A stretch of DNA of 41,179 bases from Parcubacteria group bacterium. GTDB taxonomy: Bacteria; Patescibacteriota; Minisyncoccia; Phycocordibacterales; Zambryskibacteraceae. Made by a program: the position numbers and the translations under genes. This document shows, in pieces, positions 24,470 through 30,800 of the stretch (positions are counted from its first letter, which is position 1; each line of letters begins with the position of its first letter). The notes under the pieces were generated by a model, which did not search any database, was not told the DNA's origin, and saw nothing but the letters and a program-made list of their open reading frames with translations. Location of the stretch: contig JBKJKY010000068.1 of the NCBI GenBank assembly GCA_046597175.1, positions 1 to 41,179 on the forward strand. The letters run 5' to 3'.

Positions 24470-24649
24470 GCCACTTGTTCGCTTGAGTGCCCGAGAAGTG
24501 GCGAGCGAACGCCGACCTGCCGAGAAATAGGTCCAAAACCAATTTATGAGTTGAACGCCTCAACGCCCGAGAAAGGGTGAGATGAAAAGGCACTGACGTG
24601 CCGTGACAACCCAACGCTAAGGCGTTCAACTCATTTATTATGTTTTGTT
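24470..24649 (+). ncRNA. Candidate structured regulatory RNA or leader (strand uncertain)
   Basis: Mutually exclusive 7-bp helices: GCCACTT 24470-76 pairs with AAGTGGC 24496-502, and GTTCGCT 24477-83 pairs with AGCGAAC 24504-10. A 15-bp stem joins 24546-60 to 24620-34, enclosing a GGCAC-TGAC-GTGCC hairpin, and is followed by a U-rich tail. A sigma70-like TTTGCT-17-TATGCT lies at 24441-24469. Confidence 0.35.
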
Positions 24650-24738
24650 CCGTGATCATCTTTTTAAGAGGTTTCTCGTCCTCCGTTCGCCCTCACCGTT
24701 TACGGTATGGGGTGAACACCTACTTGTGTAGTGAGAAG

Positions 24739-24760
24739 TTTATAGTGATGCAACTATAAA
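24739..24760. promoter_or_regulatory. Palindromic operator candidate (TTTATAGT-N6-ACTATAAA)
   Basis: Perfect 8-bp inverted arms. AAGTTTATA also occurs as a direct repeat at 24737-45 and 24759-67. It lies between the divergent early and repressor-side genes, and each arm contains a TATAGT -10-like hexamer. Confidence 0.5.
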
Positions 24761-24848
24761 GTTTATACAATCCGCTTTTAACTCTTTTCCTTATAGGTAA
24801 AAGCCAACTATTGTTTTTTTGAAAGAAGTGCAGCCATTTACTAAAAAG

Positions 24849-25190
24849 ATGAAAGAGCTTTCAAAAAACGGCATGAAAAATGCCGAAATGGTGCGCCGTA
24901 TCCCACGCGCTACATATGGCAATGTTGGGAGTTGGTTAAAAGGGACTGTCCCAGATGAGGCGCGGTGTCGTGAGATTTTGGAGGCGCTTACCGGTGAGGC
25001 TCAACAGAAACAATCCTGTGCGTTCCTCGACGGCATTTTAGCCAAGCGTGCCTCTCTAAAAAGCGCGGACGAGCGCAAGCATTTTGACTACATGATCCAC
25101 CATTACTGGCCAGAGCTTAATGACCTTTATAAGAAAAAGATCATCCCAAAACATGGTGGCGCAAAGGGCCAAACGGAGATCGCAGCTTAG
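24849..25190 (+). CDS. Repressor candidate (a TTG start at 24819 is also possible)
   Basis: Divergent from the early operon across the operator-like palindrome. No confident HTH call. Confidence 0.4.
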   Translation: MKELSKNGMKNAEMVRRIPRATYGNVGSWLKGTVPDEARCREILEALTGEAQQKQSCAFLDGILAKRASLKSADERKHFDYMIHHYWPELNDLYKKKIIPKHGGAKGQTEIAA

Positions 25191-25216
25191 GTGGAAAGAT
25201 CATTTATCCTGATCAA

Positions 25217-25432
25217 ATGATGTTCAACTTCACGCAGATGCCAATAGAGGTCATGAACTGCGAATACTGGGAGGAGATCAAGCGGCAATGGTGGGCTGGC
25301 GAGCTGGATAAGGATTGTTTACGGGCTGCGCTTGATGGTTTGCCATTGGGACACAAGGTGATGGCGTGGATTGAAAGACCTATAACGCAAGGTGCGCACA
25401 ATGTTTTGACGATGGAGAAATTTGATCAATAA
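25217..25432 (+). CDS. Hypothetical protein (lysogeny-side moron candidate)
   Basis: 71-aa ORF downstream of the repressor candidate. Confidence 0.45.
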   Translation: MMFNFTQMPIEVMNCEYWEEIKRQWWAGELDKDCLRAALDGLPLGHKVMAWIERPITQGAHNVLTMEKFDQ

Positions 25433-25443
25433 GAAAAATAAAC

Positions 25444-25860
25444 ATGAAAATCTTTGCCATCTTGATAAATATCGCCCTTTTCATCATCAGCTTGTCGGTT
25501 TGTGGAAACACCGATTTTGAAAACCAGGGAGGAATCGCCGCGGTGCTTATGGTGCCTCCGGTTTTTTGTTTGTTTGTGTTGACCATTGTTTACGTTTGGC
25601 CAGGCCGTGATTTCGCGAACTGGCTGGCATTATTGTGGGTACGTAAATACGGGGAAGAGGTCTCACTCGGGAGCGCTCGCCTCAGTGAGAAGCTCAAGGA
25701 GATGATCGAAATGAAGCGGCAACAAGAATCAAACTTTGATGATACGGATGCTAACTCGATTGGGGAGTCTCTTAGAGATCTTGGAATCAGTTCGACTGCT
25801 GTGAGTTCGATAGTTGATGGTATCCGTGCAGGGCAGCACAGAGTTCAACCTAAGGCTTGA
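25444..25860 (+). CDS. Two-TM membrane protein with a cytoplasmic tail (superinfection-exclusion candidate)
   Basis: TM segments are IFAILINIALFIISLSV and AAVLMVPPVFCLFVLTIVYV. It converges on the integrase gene with an 11-nt overlap. Confidence 0.5.
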   Translation: MKIFAILINIALFIISLSVCGNTDFENQGGIAAVLMVPPVFCLFVLTIVYVWPGRDFANWLALLWVRKYGEEVSLGSARLSEKLKEMIEMKRQQESNFDDTDANSIGESLRDLGISSTAVSSIVDGIRAGQHRVQPKA

Positions 25861-27079
25861 TCAGTTCCCAAAACGCCAATCCATCCTTCTGAGGAATAGG
25901 GCGGCGGTAGTGCTTCCTTAAAACCTTAACGTCGTGGCCCGCCATGTGGGCGGTAAGCGCCTCGTTCTGGAATGCAGCCAGGTGGTAAGAGCAGTAGGTG
26001 TGTCGCATTACGTCATGAGGCCATTCTGCACGATCCGCGGCGAGTGCCGCCTCGTCTGCGTAGAACACCTGCTTGCCGTCGACTCGCTTTTTCCTGACCA
26101 ACCAAACCTTATACCCGAGCTGAACGCGGAGAGCGTCCCATCGGTTTCGAAAGTTCGGCTGGATCAAGGGGCCCGACCATTTTTCCTCTCCAGGCATCTT
26201 GGCGGTGAGCAGCTTCTCAACGCCCGTTTCCATTTTAACGTACCTAAAGCGGCCCGTCTTGCCGGCATGGACGCGGACAGATCCGTTGTCCTGGATGTCG
26301 CCGCGGCTCGCCTTTTCGGCCTCAGACGGGCGCAACCCAACAAATAGGCACAAGACCACATAGCGTCGGATATCCGCGTTAGAAGCCATTGCAGCTTCAA
26401 AGAGAGCCTTTGCTGCGGGGACAGTGAGGATGCTCACTTCCTTCTCCTGGTACACTTCCTTGAATTTGATGCACGAGCATGGGTTGACCGTAATCCATTC
26501 GTTAGGGAAGATGCACCATTCGAACATTTCTGAAGCGGTTTTCTTGTAGTCCTGCTTCGCCAGGACGGACAAAGGTAGGGCGTGAATCCAATCGTGCATT
26601 TTTTTGAAGGTAATCTCATGCAGCTTGGTGGCGCCTTCCTGGTCGAGCAGGGAGGTGATGCGAGTATTGAGGTTGCTGCGAGTCTGCTTTCTCATGCCTG
26701 TGCCGTCCTTGGTCTTCAACCAATCCTCGGCCACTTTAGCCAGGGTCATATTGGCTTTAGATTTCGCCTTCAAGTGGTCGGCATAGAACTCGCACGCTTT
26801 GAGCAGGGATGCGTTGTGAATGCGTAGGAGCTCAGTGGCTCGGAGTGCGTCCAAAGTCTCGGCAGGGCTCAAGCTCGGCCCAACAATGGCGGGCTGGAAT
26901 ACCTCATTGAACACGGCCTCAGCTCGACCTTGCGCCTCAGCCTTTGTTTTAAAGCGTTCCTTTCGGCCCGTCCTGACCTCGCCATTGTCTTGCTTGTAAA
27001 CGTGATAGCGGCCGTCCATAATCCAAGCTTTTGAACCATGCTCCGAGACCTCAAACACATGTGGAATTTTACGTTTCAT
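25850..27079 (-). CDS. int: Tyrosine integrase
   Basis: 409 aa. The C-terminal catalytic pattern is HDVMRHTYCSY (HxxR) ... GHDVKVLRKHY (catalytic Tyr), with a SAM-like N-terminal region. It is adjacent to attP-like repeats. Confidence 0.85.
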   Translation of the reverse strand: MKRKIPHVFEVSEHGSKAWIMDGRYHVYKQDNGEVRTGRKERFKTKAEAQGRAEAVFNEVFQPAIVGPSLSPAETLDALRATELLRIHNASLLKACEFYADHLKAKSKANMTLAKVAEDWLKTKDGTGMRKQTRSNLNTRITSLLDQEGATKLHEITFKKMHDWIHALPLSVLAKQDYKKTASEMFEWCIFPNEWITVNPCSCIKFKEVYQEKEVSILTVPAAKALFEAAMASNADIRRYVVLCLFVGLRPSEAEKASRGDIQDNGSVRVHAGKTGRFRYVKMETGVEKLLTAKMPGEEKWSGPLIQPNFRNRWDALRVQLGYKVWLVRKKRVDGKQVFYADEAALAADRAEWPHDVMRHTYCSYHLAAFQNEALTAHMAGHDVKVLRKHYRRPIPQKDGLAFWELIKP

Positions 27080-27400
27080 TTAGTCAGAATTAGTCTGGAT
27101 AGTCTGAAATAGTATGAGTTCAATGAAATTTCAAAAGTTTCCGTGCTCTACCAAATGGCGTTGCTCTACCGTGAAAAAAGTCCGTTTTTTAGTCTGAAAG
27201 TGAAGTTTTTGGTTCAAATTAAGGAGTGTCAAGGTGATGCTCTACCACTGAGCTAACAGCGCGATTTCCAAGTTTTTGAACCAAGAAAAGTCATTCCTCA
27301 TAGGAGAAAGTGAGTTTTAAGGTTTGTTCCATGGGGAACTATAATACTCACTCTTCAACACAAAGAAACAGTATTAAATGTTAAATTAGTCTGAAATAGT
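27080..27400. other. attP-like region: arm-type repeats flanking a tRNA-derived core
   Basis: TAGTCTGAAATAGT occurs exactly at 27099-112 and 27387-400. Variants lie at 27080-89, 27090-99 and 27189-200. TGCTCTACC occurs three times (27143, 27161, 27237). A 10-bp inverted repeat, TTGGTTCAAA/TTTGAACCAA, lies at 27208-17 and 27274-83. Confidence 0.6.
27225..27261 (-). other. tRNA-Val(GAC) 5'-half-like fragment (probable attP/attB identity block); not an intact tRNA
   Basis: The minus strand reads GCGCTGT-TA-GCTC-AGTGGTA-GAGC-A-TCACC-TTGACAC: acceptor 5' strand, D-arm, anticodon stem 5' strand and a loop with GAC. No complementary 3' half follows. Confidence 0.5.
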
Positions 27401-27408
27401 CCGAATGA

Positions 27409-27669
27409 TTGACAATAGGAAAGCGGTCGGTGCATATCTTCAAACCCGTGACATCACCCACGGTTTTCCTTATAGCCTTTTCAATTGTCGTTACCCTTGC
27501 ACTTGCGTTGATAGGTGCGGCGGTCGTCTCCCTCATCTGGCAGCACTTCCATCGAACTCGCTCGGATGAATCTCCTCCCGTTCCCGCCAAGCCTCCCGCG
27601 GTTCTCGAAGAAGAGGTCGAAGAATCCTTCGAGGTGTGGAATGAGCGGCGCAAGTGGGGGCGATCATAG
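27409..27669 (+). CDS. Small single-TM protein (start uncertain; the track start TTG is part of a TTGACA hexamer)
   Basis: TM segment is TVFLIAFSIVVTLALALIGAAVVSLIW. Alternative GTG starts lie at about 27430 and 27448. Confidence 0.35.
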   Translation: MTIGKRSVHIFKPVTSPTVFLIAFSIVVTLALALIGAAVVSLIWQHFHRTRSDESPPVPAKPPAVLEEEVEESFEVWNERRKWGRS

Positions 27670-28049
27670 TGCATCATCATCGTGATCTTGGAAGGTCTGC
27701 CCCGTTCCCTCCCGATTCTGCCGGTGCATCTGACCCGCTCTCCCACTCTCCCGACATTGAGCGCAATCATTTGGTTCTCGTTCTCAAGGTCATTCATTGC
27801 GCCATCGAAGACATGCACGCAGGAAACGCGAACTCAAAGGCGAAGGAACGATATCGCGCAAAGGCCACGCGCAGGCTCAAGCGCATTGCTGATGATGCCA
27901 AGCGATTTTTGTATACCAAAGACTTGGAGGTGTACCTGAACATTTCAGGCATGAGCAAGTTTTCAACGGCAAATCACATGCGCAAGCTGGCTGAGAATCC
28001 TCCAGAAGATCAGCACATTTTAACGGCCTGGCTGATCAACGAAGAATAA
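27654..28049 (+). CDS. Hypothetical protein (start uncertain: GTG at 27654; the first in-frame ATG is about 50 codons in, at IEDMHAG)
   Basis: Open frame preceding the packaging genes. The C-terminal half is Lys/Arg-rich and helical. Confidence 0.4.
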   Translation: MGAIIVHHHRDLGRSAPFPPDSAGASDPLSHSPDIERNHLVLVLKVIHCAIEDMHAGNANSKAKERYRAKATRRLKRIADDAKRFLYTKDLEVYLNISGMSKFSTANHMRKLAENPPEDQHILTAWLINEE

Positions 28050-28053
28050 CCCT

Positions 28054-28245
28054 ATGGATTTATTTACGTTAATTCTCGTCTTTTCCCTCGGCGTCATCTT
28101 CTGCCGCTGCATGGATTGGATTTGCAGCCATGCACCGAGCACGAATTATGCGGACTATGATGTTCCTGCTCCAGCACCTGTGGTTCTCGTAGATAAAGAA
28201 ACCTACGTCTGTGAACACTATTGGAAGGCAACCCGAAAAGGGTAG
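28054..28245 (+). CDS. Small membrane protein
   Basis: The N-terminus is a TM segment, MDLFTLILVFSLGVIFC. 63 aa. Confidence 0.4.
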   Translation: MDLFTLILVFSLGVIFCRCMDWICSHAPSTNYADYDVPAPAPVVLVDKETYVCEHYWKATRKG

Positions 28246-28275
28246 CTCTGCCGATTCTAAAACCTCGAATTTATA

Positions 28276-28755
28276 TTGTCTATGGACGAAGCGAAAAAAG
28301 TTAAAAAAAAGCCTGATTGGCGGAAGATTAAGGCTGCGTATCAAAGGGGTGATGGGACTCAAAGGGATTTGGCGGTCAAATTTGGCGTTCCTGAGAGCAC
28401 ACTCATGGGTAGGGCTATGCGGGAGAAATGGAGTCTTCAGAAGAAGCAGATTGAAAGTAAAGTTGAAGCAAAAGTGGTTGATGCCCTGGCAATGGGTGCG
28501 CTTTCATGGGTTGCTGCCACTCTTACGCGAGCTCAAAAGGCCCGTGGGATTATCGATGCAAGCGTTGAGCAGTTTGCAGTTGATGAGCAAGGGCGCCCAC
28601 TCATCGACCTATTGAACGTCAACACTATGCTTCAAGCTGAGTCGAAGATTGATGACTTGGCCAGGCGGTCGTTTGGTCTCTCTGACACTCCTCAGAAGGT
28701 TGAGCATTCAGGAACGATAAACGTGATTGATCCTTACGCGGAAGGTGTTGATTGA
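28276..28755 (+). CDS. terS: Terminase small subunit
   Basis: N-terminal HTH-like segment (GTQRDLAVKFGVPESTLMGRAMREKW). Its size and its position upstream of terL fit terS. Confidence 0.55.
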   Translation: MSMDEAKKVKKKPDWRKIKAAYQRGDGTQRDLAVKFGVPESTLMGRAMREKWSLQKKQIESKVEAKVVDALAMGALSWVAATLTRAQKARGIIDASVEQFAVDEQGRPLIDLLNVNTMLQAESKIDDLARRSFGLSDTPQKVEHSGTINVIDPYAEGVD

Positions 28756-29027
28756 GTCTCGCCGATAAGCATAACCATCATTTTGCGCGTGCGCTCCGAG
28801 GTTTCGCTCTTGCAGACGTGGCGTTGGTTGTCAGGGTTTGGGAGCGCTCTATTCTTGAGGCTACACCTATCACGGCAAAGTCTTTGGAATATGCCAAAGC
28901 GAATGAGTCGAAAACGTTTGATCCTGCTCTATATCGGGCAGAAGGCTTGAAAAAGTGCCTTTGCTGCGGGGTTACCTACGTAACGTCTCATGAATGTAGC
29001 GGTGTCCACCATAGGAGCCGTTCGTAA
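28752..29027 (+). CDS. Hypothetical protein with no ATG or Met anywhere in the frame (TTG start overlapping the terS stop)
   Basis: 91-codon open frame. The C-terminal Cys/His cluster is CLCCGVTYVTSHECSGVHH. Confidence 0.35.
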   Translation: MSLADKHNHHFARALRGFALADVALVVRVWERSILEATPITAKSLEYAKANESKTFDPALYRAEGLKKCLCCGVTYVTSHECSGVHHRSRS

Positions 29028-29030
29028 AGC

Positions 29031-30329
29031 ATGAACATCAAACTTTCGTATGTTCCGCGGCCTCATCAAAGGGCGGCTCATAATGCGTTGAAACGGTTCT
29101 CTGTGCTGGTCTGGCATCGCCGGGCTGGGAAAACGATTTTTGCGGTCATGGAGCTTCTTTTGGGAGCGATGAAGTGTAAGAAGTCTGCGGCACGGTTCGC
29201 CTACGTCGCGCCATTTTACGGCCAAGCCAAGTCAGTTTGCTGGGAGATATTGAAGAAGTTCGCGCGTGAAATACCTGACGCCGTTATCAAGGAGGGGGAA
29301 CTGACTGTGATGCTGAATAACGGGAATACCGTGCGCCTCTTCGGTGCTGACAATCCTGACACTCTCCGCGGTTTATACTTCGATGGAATCGTTCTCGATG
29401 AGGTAGCTGACATGAAAGCGCCGATCTGGGGCGAAATTGTTCGTCCTGCTCTCACTGACCGTCAAGGCTGGGCAATTTTCATCGGCACCCCAAAGGGGCT
29501 GAATCTATTCTCAGAACTCTACAATCACGCGCTGAAAGATCCTGAATGGTTTGCCGATCTGAAACGAGTCTCTGATACGCAAGCGATTCCTGCGGCTGAA
29601 GTGGAACAGGCACGCAAGGAGATGGCTCCTCCTACATTTGCTCAAGAGTTTGAATGCGACTTTGCGGCGGCAGCGGTGAATGCGTTCATCCCGTTGGATT
29701 TGGTCATTGCTGCCTGCAACCGGACACTGGTGCGGAATGATTACCATTATGCTCCTCGAGTGATGGGCGTGGATGTGGCTAGGCATGGAGACGATCGAAG
29801 CGTGCTATTCATGCGGCAAGGGCATCAAGCTTTCAAACCGTACATCTTCCGAAACCTTGATACTCAACAACTTGCCGATCAGGTCGTTCACTACATGCTA
29901 GCAGAAAAAATAGACATGGTATTTATCGATGATAATGGCGTTGGTGGCGGCGTTACGGATCGGATTCGCGCTCTCGGGTTTTCAAACCTGATTCCCGTTA
30001 TATCGGGAGCGAAGGCAGTAAATCCTAAGTATTCGAATATGCGGGCGCAAATGTGGGACTACCTGCGGTTGTGGCTCAAAGAAGGTGGTTGCCTCCCTCA
30101 AGAGCAAGGGCTCGAGAATGATCTATGCGCTCCGATGTACTGGTTCAGCGCGGGCGATAAGCTGTGCATCGAAAGCGGGCCTGACATGAAGTCGCGAGGC
30201 TTGCCGTCTCCTGATTTAGCTGCGGGATTGTACCTGACCTTCGCTTATCCTGTGCAGAAGCTTTCCGACCAAGGGCAGCATTCGAGGAACTCTGGCAAGT
30301 GTATCAGCGATTACGACGTCTTGGCTTAA
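29031..30329 (+). CDS. terL: Terminase large subunit
   Basis: Walker A is VWHRRAGKT and Walker B-like is GIVLDEVA. The C-terminal half is nuclease-like (VMGVDVARHGDD). It lies upstream of the portal gene. Confidence 0.85.
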   Translation: MNIKLSYVPRPHQRAAHNALKRFSVLVWHRRAGKTIFAVMELLLGAMKCKKSAARFAYVAPFYGQAKSVCWEILKKFAREIPDAVIKEGELTVMLNNGNTVRLFGADNPDTLRGLYFDGIVLDEVADMKAPIWGEIVRPALTDRQGWAIFIGTPKGLNLFSELYNHALKDPEWFADLKRVSDTQAIPAAEVEQARKEMAPPTFAQEFECDFAAAAVNAFIPLDLVIAACNRTLVRNDYHYAPRVMGVDVARHGDDRSVLFMRQGHQAFKPYIFRNLDTQQLADQVVHYMLAEKIDMVFIDDNGVGGGVTDRIRALGFSNLIPVISGAKAVNPKYSNMRAQMWDYLRLWLKEGGCLPQEQGLENDLCAPMYWFSAGDKLCIESGPDMKSRGLPSPDLAAGLYLTFAYPVQKLSDQGQHSRNSGKCISDYDVLA

Positions 30330-30387
30330 AGTTTCGTGTGCTTCCAAGTCTCAATTGCGAACGTGTACTTGCGCTTCGCCCCACTCC

Positions 30388-30480
30388 TCACCACTCCAGT
30401 TTGTTGAGCTGACGTCGCAACTCTTTGAGGTGTTTATAGGTTTCCTTGATGCGTTTGATTAGGTCGTCTTGCTCACTCAT
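30388..30480 (-). CDS. Isolated 30-aa helical ORF, on the opposite strand to the late operon
   Basis: MSEQDDLIKRIKETYKHLKELRRQLNKLEW, taken from the internal ATG of the 86-aa track ORF. The upstream part of that ORF is low-complexity Gly/Arg. Confidence 0.25.
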   Translation of the reverse strand: MSEQDDLIKRIKETYKHLKELRRQLNKLEW

Positions 30481-30505
30481 ATGCCTGCACTCCATACCTG
30501 AACCT

Positions 30506-30520
30506 GGGGTCATATACAAG
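30506..30520 (+). promoter_or_regulatory. Conserved late-gene motif, copy B (GGGGTCATATACAAG)
   Basis: Exact 15-mer. It ends 43 nt upstream of the ATG at 30563. Confidence 0.5.
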
Positions 30521-30562
30521 GCACAACAAAAATGGAATAATGGCGGCAACCTTCTTTTATTT

Positions 30563-30793
30563 ATGTGTCTTTTCGGCGGCTCAAAATCTCCTCCTCCCCT
30601 TCCTGCTCCGGTCACTCCTCCTCCTCTGATTGATCCGACAAAGGACAATGTGAGGTCGACGCAGGCGCGATCCGATGAACAGAAGCGTGCGTCTCTCGCT
30701 CAGGGAAATAAGTCTTTGATATCCAGTTCTCCTCTCGGGGTGCAGGATCCTGCGGTAACCAAGAAGGCGTCGCTCCTGGGCGAGACGGCTTAA
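30563..30793 (+). CDS. Small Pro/Ser-rich protein upstream of the portal gene
   Basis: The internal ATG gives MCLFGGSKSPPPLPAPVTPPPLIDPTKDN... (76 aa). Proteins with a similar xLFGG N-terminus precede portal genes in other podoviruses (from memory only). Confidence 0.5.
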   Translation: MCLFGGSKSPPPLPAPVTPPPLIDPTKDNVRSTQARSDEQKRASLAQGNKSLISSSPLGVQDPAVTKKASLLGETA

Positions 30794-30800
30794 TTTCTCC

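Noticed and set aside
24456-24659. A 67-aa minus-strand ORF in the immunity-region gap
   Set aside because: It has no ribosome-binding signal, and its sequence is built from the inverted repeats and hairpins of the region. It is more simply explained as structured non-coding sequence, though this is not excluded.
27143-27261. An intact tRNA gene, or several tRNA genes
   Set aside because: Only the 5' half (acceptor 5' strand to anticodon loop) is present. No complementary anticodon-stem 3' strand, T-arm or acceptor 3' strand follows. The other two GGTAGAGCA copies have no surrounding tRNA features.
28741-28760. A programmed -1 frameshift fusing terS to the downstream Met-less ORF
   Set aside because: No X-XXY-YYZ slippery heptamer or downstream structure lies near the terS stop. 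A TTG start overlapping the stop is the simpler explanation.
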